In this document: in pieces, positions 13,214-26,285 of the stretch
Numbering within the stretch: position 1 is the first letter of the stretch
Layout of the letters: every line of letters begins with the position of its first letter
NCBI RefSeq assembly: GCF_018350175.1
Contig: NC_058368.1
Location: 50,407,815 to 50,471,814, forward strand
Direction of reading: 5' to 3'
Origin: Felis catus
Taxonomy: Eukaryota
Length of the DNA: 64,000 nt
The notes under the pieces: model-generated
What the model was told of the DNA's origin: nothing
Database searches by the model: none
Seen by the model: only the letters and a program-made list of their open reading frames with translations
Position numbers and translations under genes: made by a program

Positions 13214-14449
13214 AAATCTTGCCAATTTCAATTTGCCAGTTAAGACTGCAAGCAAAGCACCAGAATATTGACTTTCTTTCTTCTCTTTTATCAACACCAT
13301 GACCCTCTAAATGGTAATAAATAATCTAATATGTATATGGAAAAGAACAAGGATAGCAAGAAATTGCCAGTCTTGTTCCCGCATCCATTGGAGACTCATG
13401 GATGAACTTTTTATGAGAACATGGGACCACTATAAACTCACTTCACTCTGATTCCAGGAGGTTATAAGTCTGTGCAACCTTTAAGCATAAAGGCTTTGTA
13501 TTTAAAGGGTTCAGATGAAGTTGTAGAATTGGTGGTTTTGAAAGTGGCATTGACGGGGAGGAGAAACCTACATCTCTAAGTTAAAACTTCATGAGATGTT
13601 GCAAAATAAGGGACAAGGAGAAGTTGTCTCAGAAATGTGCAAACAATAATGCCCTTCTTGACACTGAACAGACTTTATTGTTTGAATAGAGATGTCTCTG
13701 TTTCTAATAATGCGGATGCCAACAATAAAGGTAATTGATGAGATTTAAGCAGAGACATCGGAATATGAGGTTTGAGGAATAACGAGTTACCTGGCTTTGG
13801 TGATGGCAATTTCTAGGTTCTGAGATTGAAGATTGCTGTAAAGCCATTGTAACAGATACATCTTTACATTTTTCCTTCTTCCTATATAGTGATATTTTAT
13901 CAAAAGAGCAGTATTTATTAGAATGCATTTGTATTTTTGTGTTGACTGTCGTATATTAATATTAAAAGAAATATAAAATATTTACTCTTAGTGCATGCTG
14001 CAGCATGAATTAGAAATCTTACACATTTGTTATGTCATATGTGCTTTGTACAATTTTTACCAAACCATTTGTTTGTATGCATGTTCTATGGTTATCTGAA
14101 TAGAAATTAATTAAAATCGTGACCTGCTTTTTACTCAATTTCAGTACTCTTTTGTTTTACAGGACCCTAGTTATGAATTTTTCTAAGAAAGTATTGTTTC
14201 GCTTTTACTATGTACCAATATTTACTGACATCTGTGTATTTGCTTTTGTATACAATTGATTCTCATGACTCATATAGTGTTCTGATCTGTAAAATCAGCT
14301 CAAACACTGAATGGGTTCTAGGGTAGATAAAGACTTAGGAGCTGTGAGCCTCTTTTCACATTTTCATCAACTTATCAGTACATAAATTTGTTTTTCCTTT
14401 GTGTATGTTTCTGTGTAAGGACACTTTATTTAACGTGTATTGTTTTTTT

Positions 14450-15360
14450 CCCAGCTTTATTAGGATATAATTGAAAAATAACATTGTGTAAGTTTAAGGT
14501 GTACAATATGATTTAATGTATGTATATACAGTAAAACCTTGGATTAGGAATAACTTGTCCTGTGAGTGTTCTGCAAGGTGAGCAAAGATTTGTAATAAAT
14601 TTTAACTTAATAAATGAGTAATGTCTTGCAATGTGAGTAGTATGTGACACCAGATGTCACATGATCACAACTAAGTCAGTGGTTCTTGAAATTCGCTTTG
14701 ATATACAAGTGCTTTGGATTACAAGCATGTTTCCAGAATGAATTATGCTCACAAACCAAGGTTTTACTGTATTGTGAAATGATTACCACAATAAAATGAG
14801 TTAACACATCCATCTGCTCACATAGTTATCTTTTGTGTGTGTGCATGTGTGGTGTAGAACATTTAAGATCTGCTCTCTTAGTAAATTTCAAGTATACAAT
14901 ATAGTATTGTTCATTATAGTCACCATGCTGTATATTACACGCCCAGAAAATTTTCATCTTATAACTGAAAATTTGTACCTTTCAACCAACCTCTCCCTGT
15001 TTCCCCATCACCCAGTAGATTGATAACCTCAATCTACTCTCTGTTTCTATGAGTTTGACATTTTTTTGATTACACATAGAAGTGTGTCCATGTAGTATTT
15101 GTCTTCCTCTGTCTGATTTATTTCACTTAGCAAAGTGGCCTCAAGTTTCATTCATGTTGTTGAGAATGGCAGGATTTCATTTTTTATTTTTTATTTTTTC
15201 CTGTATCAATTCTTCTGTTGTTGGACACTTAGGTTGTTTTCATGTCTTGGCTATTGTGAATAATGCTGAATGAACATGGGGTGAAGTTATCTCTTTGACA
15301 TAGTGATTTTGTTTCCTTCAGATTTATACCCTGAGATGAAATTGCTGGATCAAATGGCAG
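14450..15360 (-). mobile_element. L1MA-type 3' end, interrupted by a MITE
   Basis: Antisense L1 3' UTR motifs (TTTAAGGTGTACAAT, TTGTGAAATGATTACCACAAT, GGACACTTAGGTTGTTTTCATG). Confidence 0.85.
14529..14769. mobile_element. 241-bp Tc1/mariner (Tigger-like) MITE
   Basis: Perfect 14-bp TIRs CAGTAAAACCTTGG / CCAAGGTTTTACTG with TA on both sides. Confidence 0.9.
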
Positions 15361-15361
15361 T

Positions 15362-15712
15362 TTTGTTTTATTTTATTTTATTTTATTTTATTTTATTTTA
15401 TTCTATTTTTTAAATTTCATCTTATTTTATTTCATTTCCTATTTCATTTCATTTATTTTTCCTTCCTTTCCAATATTTTATTTAAATTCAAGTTAGTTAA
15501 CACATAGTATAGTATTGGTTTTAGGAGTAAATGTGCCCCCTTTGAATCAGTATTTTTGTATCCTTTGGATAAATACCTGGTAGTGCAATTGCTGGATTGT
15601 AGGGTAGATCTATTTTTAAGTTTCTGAGGAAACTCTACACTGTTTTCCAGAGTGGCAGCACCAGTTTGCATTCCCACTAGCAGTGCACAAGGGTTCTTTT
15701 TTTTCCACATTC
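15362..15712 (-). mobile_element. Carnivore L1 3' fragment with (ATTTT)n tail and internal deletion
   Basis: AAATTCAAGTTAGTTAACA antisense terminus; ORF 15453-15710 shows ORF2-like CALLVGMQTGAATLENS. Confidence 0.8.
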
Positions 15713-16166
15713 TTTAATATATATTGTTGATTCATTAAGACTGAACTTATGGTCAACATTATAAGTCATTCCTGAATGAAGCGTGCCTAACATAGACATT
15801 TTCTCCATGAAGTATATCAGTCTTCTTGCACTTAGGAACACTAAATATACTTCAGTGCCACATTTGGAAGCCATTTCAAATAGCAATTCATCCAAGAAAA
15901 GCACAAAAAGGCTAAAACATGACACCAAATAGACCAAGAAAAGGATGTCGGTTTAGCATATGAGAGCTGAAACACAAAGGCAGAACGTCACCTTGTTCTA
16001 CCTCAGCCAGGAATGTGTACGTGAGGTGACTGAAATTTTTGCCACCTTGTGCATGACCATTAATGACCAAGAAAACACCATGAGTTTTGATTTGAGGATT
16101 ACAAATAAATTTTAGCATGGAGGTGAATTCCCAAATATGGAATATGTAAGTAAGGAAGATTGACTG
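15713..16166. mobile_element. MER6-like Tigger relic (partial)
   Basis: Resembles the MER6A consensus (TTTAATATATATTGTTGATTCATTAA...TTACAAATAAATTTTAG...GATTGACTG|TA). Confidence 0.8.
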
Positions 16167-16244
16167 TACGTCATTTGGTACTTGAAAAAATAGTGGAATA
16201 TTATTGCATATCCAGAATTCATTACCCAACAAATCCACTCTTAG

Positions 16245-16835
16245 TTCTTTTTAACTGAGGTGAAATTTATATAACATACAATTTATCAAGTTAAAGTCAT
16301 AAGCCATTAGTACATTCACAGTATTTTGTACCATTACTTCTGCCTAGTTTCAAAACATTTTCAGTACAATAAAGCCCTGCATTCATTAAGTAGTAACTCT
16401 TTATTCTTTTCCTCCCCGACCCTTGGCAACCACTAATCTGCTTTATGTCACTATGGATTACCCATTCCAGTGTTTGATATAAATGGAATCACGCAATATA
16501 TGACCTTTGTGACTGACTTCTTTTATTTTGCATAGAATTTTCAAGGTTCATCCATGTTGTAGCATGTATCAGTACTTGGTAATTTTTTTAATTTTTTATT
16601 TTTACTTATTTTTGAGAGACAGAGACAGAGTGCAAGCAGGGGAAGGGTCAGAGAGGGAAGGAGACACAGAATCTGAAGCAGGCTCCAGGCTCTGAGCTGT
16701 CAGCATAGAGCCCAACGCAAGGCTCGAACTCATGAACCATGAGATTGTGACCTGAGCCAAAGTCAGATGCTTAACCAACTGAGCCACCCAGGTACCCCAG
16801 TACTTGATTACTTTTTATGGCTGAATAATATTTCA
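16245..16835 (-). mobile_element. L1MB-type 3' end interrupted by a SINE
   Basis: GGCAACCACTAATCTGCTTT...TCAAGGTTCATCCATGTTGTAGCATG. Confidence 0.8.
16581..16798 (-). mobile_element. CAN-SINE
   Basis: SINE core; TSD AGTACTTG. Confidence 0.95.
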
Positions 16836-17798
16836 TAATATTCCAAATCCATTCCTAACTATCAATATGCTGTGATGAAAAGTACTTCTCTCTTTTTTTT
16901 TCCAAAAAATACTATATGTTTTTCAGACTCTTGGACAGAAGGGATTCCATTAAAAAATTTGAGATTTTAAGATATTTTCAATTTAATTGCTAGGACCTAA
17001 AAGACCAAGACATCAGATGGAAGAGTCAAGTTAGGAAAACCCTTTTGAAGAATATATTTTCAAAGTCTAGGGAAAAAACTTGCTCTTGTTTGCATATTCT
17101 CCTGGAAAGCCTGTCAATTTTTCTTTCCTATTAGGTGTTTCTGGTTGCTTAATATTTGGTTATTTTCAGTTTTTTTCTTTGGCTGCTCAGATGGTCCTTT
17201 TTAGGATTTCCATAGTGAGTCTTCTGGTCTAACTGTCTTCAATAAGTTTAAGTGGTGTGATTTTTTGTCTCTACCTGAAGCTCCACATGCTGGAATTTTG
17301 AAAACAAAGGTCACAAACAAGAAATATATATGTGGTTTTAAAAATTAAGGTTGTAGCATAAAAATGTCCTGTTAAAATTTCTTCCAGGTAACAAAATCTA
17401 AATCAAACAAGGCCAAAGTTCCTAGAAGATCATAATATCAAAGCAGAGATTCATATGGAGAAATGTCTTGCTTTTGCTCAAATCCATAAAATTAACTGGT
17501 AGGAGAAATATGAGTTGCAGTTTTTTTATGTTGATATAAAATAGATATTTCTCTTTGGAAGTTCATTAGGTTGTGGTGAATTTACAGTGATATTTTGAGA
17601 ATAGAAGCCAGCCAGGAATAATTACTCAAATTATTTGACACAAACATACAATCTGTGGAATTGAATTCCTCTACCTGACACAGGGAGAACAGGTTAATAT
17701 TAATATATTATGTGGGGCTATATTATAAGGAAATGGTGGCCGCCTTCTGTGACCACACAAAGGAAATAGCAGTGAATCTACTAATAGATGTTTGACTT

Positions 17799-18204
17799 CT
17801 TAAAGCATTTATTTTATTTTATTTTATTTTATTTTATTTTACTATCTTAAATGTTTATTATTTTTAGAGAGAGAGAGGACGGGGGGAGAGGGAGACAGAG
17901 GATCTGAAGTGGACTCTATACTGACAGCAGAAAGCCTGATGTGGGGCTCTAACCCACAAACCATGAGATCGTGACCTATGCCAAAGCTTAATCACCTGAG
18001 CCATCCAGGCACCCCTATTTTTTATTTTAGAGAGAAAGCATGCATGAGTTGGGGACAGGTACAGAGGGAAAGGAATAGAATCTCAAACAGTGTCCACGCT
18101 CATCGCAGAGCCCAGTGCAGGGCTTGATCCCATGACCCGGGGATGATGACTTGAGCCGAAATCAAGAGTTGGGTGCTCAAGCCACTGAGCCACCCAAGCA
18201 CCCC
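17799..18204 (-). mobile_element. Two tandem CAN-SINEs (about 17808-18015 and 18016-18204)
   Basis: Two antisense heads; one 13-bp TSD AGATGTTTGACTT (17786-17798, 18205-18217) brackets both. Confidence 0.9.
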
Positions 18205-19649
18205 AGATGTTTGACTTTTTGACTTGTGCAAGCAGTGGTCTACCTAGGGTGAAAGTGATTAGTAAGGAAGTAGGGAGAGGAGCCTAAAACTTTATACTTA
18301 ATTTTATTCTCTGTATTAAGAGTTAGAATGCTTTTCTCCCTCCTTTTGAGTCACTGCCTCCACATATACATCTGTTCTGATTATTCCAAAGATAAACACT
18401 TAATAAAATATACCCCATTTCTAAATTTCTCATGAGTGGTTACCCAACATCATTGGTAAACGTTGTTAGGATATTTTCTAGTAATAAATCTCAGTGATGT
18501 AAGTCAAATACAAAACATTACCTATGTCTTCCTTATGTCCAGAGAAATTGAAGGTAATGTTTTTGTTCTGTAAAAGCCCAAATCTGTGTGCACAAACAGC
18601 CATTCCCAGCAGCTAACTTTAATTGCATTATGGTACATGTCAGCAGCATTTGGAAAATGCATTTTATCAAAGATAACTTGTACAAAGACATCTTGAATGT
18701 GACAAAAACAATCAAGTTTCAAAAGCTGAGAATGTGAGAAAATACTAATGGGCACTAATGTTGACTTTTTTCCACTTATCATTTTGGCAACAATTTGAGG
18801 TAATTAATTTAATATGAGGAGTGGGAAAGAGATTTGGAGGGGAGGGGACTGACACTAGTTACTAGGAAATTTTAAAAAATCTTTGTGTGGGTGGGTGTGT
18901 ACACACATGTGCTCTTTGGCAGAAATGGGAAATAGGCTAGTTTTATGAAATCTGGAACTAATTTTCTCCACTATTTAAAAATTTAATTATGGTATATGGA
19001 GTGAAAGTGGTTTAGATTGCATATTATTGTAACTTCCTCTTGACAGTATCCTGGAGAACTGTTGTTGACTCTTTCCTTGGACCATCAACTGAAAAGGGGA
19101 TAATCAGCATGCCACATGAACCCATTCCTTTCACTGGATAGTTCTCAATGATAAAAGGTTCTCAGATTCTTACATATTTTAGTTTTCATTTTGATTTTTT
19201 TGGAGCAACAGGAACAAATGGTCTCCTGCTTGGTATCCTTATATATTTGAAATAATTATGTTAATCTCCCTGTGGCCCCCTCTTTCACCCAGTAGAGTTC
19301 CTAGCTCCTTCAATTGTTTCTCTTAATCAAAGATTTCCGTATCCCTCATCAACCTGATAGAATGTTCTGAGAGAACATACTTTCCTTGTGCCTTATAAAA
19401 TGATGCTCAGAATTGACAAGAATGCTCTAATATGATATAAACAGATCAAAGCAGAGTGAGAGTCTTCTCTACCATGATTTGGACACTGTAATTCTATTCA
19501 TGTAGCTCAAAATTAAAACAACATTATAGTATCCATTCCACTGTTGGCTCATGTGAAGCTTGTGGTCAACAGTGTTAGTTGAAGTACTGGAAAACTGGAT
19601 CATTCCCCTCTCTCCCTGTCTACTTAAAAGTTTATCTTGTTTTGCATCC

Positions 19650-20175
19650 TTTTGGATGGCTACTATCAAAATAATGGAAAATAGTAAGTGTTGGCGAAGA
19701 TGCAGAGAAATTGGAATCCTTAGGCACTGTGGCTGGGAATGTAAAATGGTGCATAATGGTGCAACCATTATGTAAAACAGTATGAAGTTCCTCAAAAAGC
19801 TAAAAATAGAATTATCTTATGGCCCAGAAATCTTGTTTCTTGGCACATAGCCAAAATAATTCAAAGCAGGATCTCAAAGAGATATTTGCACACCCATGTT
19901 CATTGTAGCATTATGCACAAGAGCCAAGGAGTGGAAGCAGCCCAAAGGTCCATAAACAGATGAATGGAAAAAGGAAATGTGGTATATGCATACAAAAGAG
20001 TCTTTTTTTTTTAGCCTTAAAAAGGAAACATTCTCACACATGCTATAACATGGAGGAACCTCAAAGATATTATGCTTAATCAAATAAGCTGGTCACAAAA
20101 GACAAATACTGTGTGATTCCACTTACATGAGGTATCCAGAGTAGTTGAACCTCTAGAAACTGAGAGGATGAGAAA
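19650..20175 (+). mobile_element. L1MB-type ORF2 end/3' UTR
   Basis: GATGGCTACTATCAAAA...GATATTTGCACACCCATGTTCATTGTAGC. Confidence 0.85.
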
Positions 20176-20345
20176 TGAAAAATTAAATTAATTTTGGACT
20201 CATGTTTTAGCTGTTAGAAAATGATGACTTTTTTTTTACTTGAAATGTGCTTTATTTACACTTCAGTTTCCTTGAATGAAGAAAATCTCTCCTCTCATAT
20301 GCCTCTACACACATGCTTACAAAAATATACCTAAATGAAAAAATA

Positions 20346-20560
20346 GGGTGCCTGGTGGCTCAGTCAATTAAGTGTCTGACTTCAGCTCAGGTCATAATCT
20401 CGGTCCGTGAGTTTGAACCCCATATCAGGCTCTGTGCTAACAGCTCAGAGCCTAGAGCCTGCTTCACATTCTGTCTCCCTCTCTCTGCCCGCCCCCCCGC
20501 CTCCCCGTGCTTGCACTCTCACTCTTTCTCTCTCTCTCTCAAAAATAAAAAATAAATTTT
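20346..20560 (+). mobile_element. CAN-SINE
   Basis: Head, CT tract and A tail present. Confidence 0.9.
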
Positions 20561-23007
20561 AAATGAAAAACTATATTAGTAGAAACAATGACATTTTAAT
20601 TTTTAAAAAACTTAAAACATCTATCCTTTAAACCTAATATTGAGTTAAAAGAATTGCATACTAGTAAGTAATGAGAGACTTCTTAAAGGGGGGAAATGCA
20701 GTTCTGTATACAAAAAAGAACATATCAAGGGTACATTTGCTCTATCTTGTGATAGTTACTAATTAGTTTCTAGATGATTTTTAGAAGTATATTAAAATTC
20801 TGGATTTAAAATAATTTATATGATATCTCTATTCTTTATGTTTATCATTCTTAAAAAGAAAACAAATTATAAATTTTAATGTTTTATTTGGGTGTGTTTA
20901 ATGACCCAATTTTCTTGTCATTAATGTGATGCCGATAATGACCAGCTGTTTAGATGATGATGGACTGCTCAAAGAATAGGGAGAGTCAGATCCAAAGATT
21001 AGTTAGGTAGGTTATCTTTATAATGTTTACCAGGCATATTGGCTGCTTATTGACTGTGTCTGGCTAAAGCATTTTTTTCAGCCTGCAGATTTTCAGATGG
21101 TTGAAAGTGAAACTCAGGGTCTTAGAATATTTAACTTTTGCAGATGTTTTTCCTCATGAATTCACTTAGGAACCATAGATCATCATGATAACTTAATACG
21201 TAATACCTTTCTAATTTGCAAAATCAAATCACTTGAGATCTAGAAACCATTATGCTATATAATCAGTGTGAGATCTCGCTTACATAGGTAATCATTAAAA
21301 CAGCTGAAGTTGAAGTTTGGCTTTATCTCCAGTTCCCAAAGTTTAATATCAGGAAAGGTAAGAATTACATTATTTTCTATAAGGAACTATAGTCTTGTCC
21401 TCTTTATTATACAAATGGTTCATATGAGTTAAAGAAATTCATACTAAAAGTGTATAATAGGGTTTTGGTTTTTAAAGAGAATGTGAAACTTATTATGCAG
21501 GATTTTGATACAGAAGTTGTAATTTAAAAATGTGAAAGGGAGAAGTGTGATATTGTACATTTCAAGATAAAACCTGAAGAGGAGGCAGAGAATGTCATGG
21601 AGGGTCTTCATCTATTCTACCTGCCAAACCACTGGCTCATAGACAATGAGAGAGTGACAAGTCAAAACTAAGCAAACATTAAAAATTTCCTTGATGGTTT
21701 CAATGTTAGTTCATTAATTTGGAATTTTACAATATATTGGGAAGACCCTCTATGAATTTGTTTATTCAAGTTTAAGTTATAGGTATGATGTCCAACATGC
21801 TCCACATTTGTTGTGAATCTCTGCTAATAAAAATGAGTTGAAAGTTGTTTATAAATATAAATGATAGATAAAATTATTTGCGTTCAGTTAACCCATCAAA
21901 AAAGTCTAGTACCAAATGTGTGTCCTGTCCTCCATACTTGGATAGATACATCTATCTGACCCCCAGTGGGATTGTGAAATGGACTGATTGTGTCTTAAGC
22001 TCTGGTTTTCCCAGTCTCTGTTATTTTTCAGTCCTCGGTGGTGCCCTCATACATTTTCTAGCCCCTTGAAATGCTCTCTGCTCTATCAAACATGCTTTTA
22101 CATAACTCACAAACTTACGTGGTCCCTGACTTTAGTTGGAAGGAAAACTTTAAGTTAAACAAACGTAATTAAAACCAGTGGGTAAATTAGGATTTGGAGG
22201 AGTCTTCTGTACCCTCTGAAATCATCTCATGAAGGCAGTGGTCCTGTTTTGTAGAAAGATAAAATATCCAGAGAACACTTTGTAATGCAACATTGCCCCA
22301 GAAGATACCGATTTTAAGTACAGCATCTAGGCACTAAGGAGATGACATGTAGCCTATACCATTAGCCTAAATTGTCTGAAGAAGCTCTAGTTATACATAT
22401 TCTTTTACTTTATCCCCCTAAGCCCACTTTATCTCATAAGGAAATGTGTTAAAATTTTGTTTTATAATTTTGGAATATCTGTTCCCCACTAACTTTGTTA
22501 AATGGTTAGTTGGTCTCAGCATCAAAAATAAAACCAGAGGCCAAATAGTGACTATTTCTCAATCCCATTCCAACAAAGAAATTTTTTACAAACATATTTT
22601 TGTAATTACTTTTCATCTAATTAGCTAAGACAAAGTAACAGTCCATCATTGTCTTACAACTTTCTTGCTATATGACTGAGTACACAGTCAGCTATAGTGA
22701 AGTAGATTAGAATCAATCACTCATCACAATTTGTGCTGAATTTACTTAATTATGCCAATGTGACGTTCAAGTTTTGATACAATAAACTTATCACTTAGAA
22801 ATGAGATTTTATGAAGATTAATTAACATAAGAAAGTTAAGAACAAATAATACATTTATTTGCATTTGACTCAGACTGACTGAATGATAGTTAACATCTTG
22901 GTCTATGTGTGTGATCTGTCACAAATTGCTGTTATTTTCCATAAAACATTTATGTAGGCCCTCTAAAATGAACATAGGTTTCAATATTAAAAATCATTGA
23001 AGTTCTT

Positions 23008-23373
23008 TCATTGAAGCATGGAGTAGATTGGTGGTTGGCAGGGGCTGGAGGGTGGAGGAACCGGGGAGATGTTAGTCTAAGTTTATATACTCTCAGCTAT
23101 AAGATGAATAAGTTCTGGAGATATTATGTACAGCATAGTGACTATAGTTGATAATACCATCAACTGTTGTATACTTGAAATTTGCTAAGAGAGTAGAATT
23201 GGAATGTTCTAACCACACCAAAAATGGTATCTATCTGAAATGATAAGTGTATTAATTAACTTGATTACAGAAATCACTTCACAATGTATACATATATCAA
23301 ATCATTATATTGTTCACCTTGAATGTATATATAATATTTATTTGTCAGTTGTGCATCAGTAAAGTTAGAAAAA
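23008..23373 (+). mobile_element. L1MA-type 3' end
   Basis: GTATACTTGAAATTTGCTAAGAGAGTAG 3' UTR motif. Confidence 0.8.
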
Positions 23374-23949
23374 TGTTTGATGTTCTTAGTATAAATTCTT
23401 AGGAGTCATACTTTGGAAAACTGTTCTAATGGTAATACATAGCTCATATATGAAGAACAAATATGCTAATTTTTCAGTGAAAAAATTTTTTGAAATTCTA
23501 AGTATACCGCATTTTGCTAGAACATTTGATAAAAATTCCAAAACAAAAGGGGATACTCAGCAAAACCATTTCATCAACATGAAGTATTGACTTAAGATGA
23601 CTCAAGGACAGATAACCAGTGTGATAATAAATGATTAGCCACCAGCTTTAATAAATTCTATGAGTTAAAGTGAGTACACATCAGGTCAATAAATTTGAGA
23701 CATCTATCTATGGTCTTAGGAGAGCATAGCCTGGCCATGCATAGAAGAGTGAGAAATTACAAAAGGACCATCAACAAAGTGCACTGATTAATGATTAATG
23801 ACAAATTATCCTGTTGAATGATAATTGGTGGGATGAGAAGAGAAATTCCTTAAAATTCCTTATTTCCCATTATTTTTAATTATGGATAATTATCTGTAGG
23901 ATTAATCCCCAAGATAATATTGAAATCTGTGTGATCCTTGTTTAAACTA

Positions 23950-24147
23950 AGGACAATTTTCCCTCCCATGGGACATTTGACAATATCTAGAGATGTTTTC
24001 TGTTGTCAGAAAGGAGAGGAGTGCTAATAGCATCTAGTGGGTGGAGGCCAGGTGTGCTGCTAAATATCTTACAATGCACAGGACAGCCCCTGCCACAAAT
24101 TGGCTGGCCTCAACTGTCATGAGTACTGAGATAAGACTCCTGCTTTA
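23950..24147. mobile_element. MER20 (hAT-Charlie)
   Basis: GGCATCTAGTGGGTAGAGGCCAGG-like core and CTTACAATGCACAGGACAGCCCC. Confidence 0.8.
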
Positions 24148-25033
24148 GATCAAACAAAACCTCTGCAGGATGGGCAGAGAAATGGAACAAATAAATGTGA
24201 GGGCAAAGTGGAGTTTTTAAGAAAATCTGATTTTGAATCACTGCATCTGTAAAATGAACCAAAAGGGAAGATGGGAAGGCAGACAGAATTGCTGTCAGAT
24301 ACTAAATAGCTGTTAGCAATGAAACCTCAAAGGTAAAGGAGGACCAGAAGCCAGGTGAATTCAATGTGCTTTGAATATAAAATGATTACAGACTATAAGC
24401 CAGAGGAGTTTGGAATGAGATCATGTCAGGGCAAAAATAGTGGGGGGACTGCTAAGACCTTGTCAGAGAGTTCAGATGCAGAGCCCTTTTGCCTTCCACA
24501 AAAGCCCATGTAGGAACATGATTTTCCATCCTGTTGCACTGTCCTGTGATAACATGAGTCTGACATCCTTTACTCTGCCTTTCTTAGGTCATGGTCCTAC
24601 TTGCTTTTCTGATGCCAATATTTTTTGGAATGGGCTGCTTGAGAATGCAACCACTTGCCTCCAAAGATGCTACAACTGAAGTCTAAACTGAAGGGAGTGA
24701 TGTGGCTGGGGAAGACACAGTGTGACTAAGAGCAGAACCATTCTGTGGGAAGTCTCAGGTTCCTTAGTCATGGTCTTGTTCCCACTTTGCTCTTCCTTTT
24801 CTCCTTTCCTTCTCTCTCCTTCTCTTCATTCCTTTTTCCGTTTCTTTCCTTGAACTATTTGTACACTTTAGCTCATTGTACTTTATTATTTGTTCCTTTT
24901 TGTTTGTTTTAGTCTTCTCCATCCTGGTTCTCATTCCAATCCAAACCCCACCATGGGTTACATACCGTCTTTGATACAGGCTCTTAAATGTGCCTTTACC
25001 TTATAAACTCAGCAGTAGCAGTTTTGATTGCGT

Positions 25034-25532
25034 AATAAATTCTACAGAAACTCAGGGGCCCTCTACCTGAAATTCCTAGGGGTTCAGTGGTGTGGGGCAT
25101 ATCGCAATATTCCTTCTAAGATAAAGGACAAATTATTGCATCTGGCCCCTCCTGCAGCTGAGAGAGTCACATTGCCCAGTAGGTCTCTACATTTTGGAGG
25201 TAACGTATTCTTCATTTAGGTGTTTTACTACAGTACATTTACCAAGTGATGGAAAATGCTGCTAATTTTGGGTGGGGCCCAGAACACAGAAGATCCAGGC
25301 TGCTGTGCAAGCTTCTCTGTCCTTTGAGCCATATGCTCCAGTGGATCCAATGGTGTTTGAAACATCAGTGGCATATAAGAATGCTTTTTGCAGCCTTTGG
25401 CAGGCCCCTATAGGTAAATCACAATATAGCCCATTAGGATTTTGGAATACAGCTCTACAATCCAGACAACTACTCTCCTTTTAAGAAATAAACCTTGGCC
25501 TACTACTGAGCCTTAGTAAAGACAGAATATTT
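25034..25532 (+). mobile_element. ERVL internal pol (RT/RNase H connection) fragment, decayed
   Basis: Translations LKFLGVQWCGAYRNIPSKIKDKLLHLAPP and AAVQASLSFEPYAPVDPMVFETSVA...LWQAPIGKSQYSPLGFW match ERVL pol. Confidence 0.9.
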
Positions 25533-25534
25533 AG

Positions 25535-25762
25535 TATTTATTTTTTTTTTAAGATTTTTTTTAACATTTATTTATCCTTGAGAGACAGAGACCGAGTGCG
25601 AATGGGGGAGGGGAAGAGAGAGAGGGAGAGAGAGGATTCCAAGCAGGCTCTGCACTGTCAGTGCAGAGCCCAACATGGGGCTGAACTCACAAAATGTGAG
25701 ATCATGACCTGAGCTGACATCAAGAGTTGGCCGCTTAATGGACTGAGCCACCCAGGCGCCCC
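25535..25762 (-). mobile_element. CAN-SINE
   Basis: Antisense head GCCACCCAGGCGCCCC. Confidence 0.95.
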
Positions 25763-25763
25763 T

Positions 25764-26071
25764 GAATGAGATTATTTGAATAGGCAAACTGAGTAAAACA
25801 GATTACCCTTCCCAATGTGGATGGGTCTCATCCAATCCATGACGGCCTGAATCGAATAAAAAGGCTGAATAAGGGAGAACTGGCTCTCTCTTTCTGCCTG
25901 TCATTGAGCTGGGACATCAGCTTTCTGCTTTCAGACTCTGACTCAGAAGGAGCTATACCATTGGTCTCCTGGGACTCCAGTTTATTAACTTTAGATCTTG
26001 GGACTTCTCAGCCTCCATAACCACACGAGCCAATTCCTGTTGGTTCTGTTTCTCTGGAGAAACCTAATACA
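25764..26071 (+). mobile_element. MLT2 (ERVL) LTR, 3' portion
   Basis: GGGACTTCTCAGCCTCCATAA...TTGGTTCTGTTTCTCTGGAGAAACCTAATACA terminus. Confidence 0.85.
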
Positions 26072-26285
26072 TCTCCTTTTTCTCTCCCTTACATTTATTT
26101 CCTTCATTTTTCCTTTCCTCCTTCCTTTTCTTTCCTACTTTTCCTTCTTCCCTTTCTTCTTTCCTTCCTTCCCTCCCTCCCTCCCCTTTCCCTTCTTTCC
26201 TTTATCCCTTGCTTACTTTCTTTACTTGACCTAGTTGTATGCTTTAGTTCATAGTACACTATAATTTGCCCTTTTGATTGATTTA

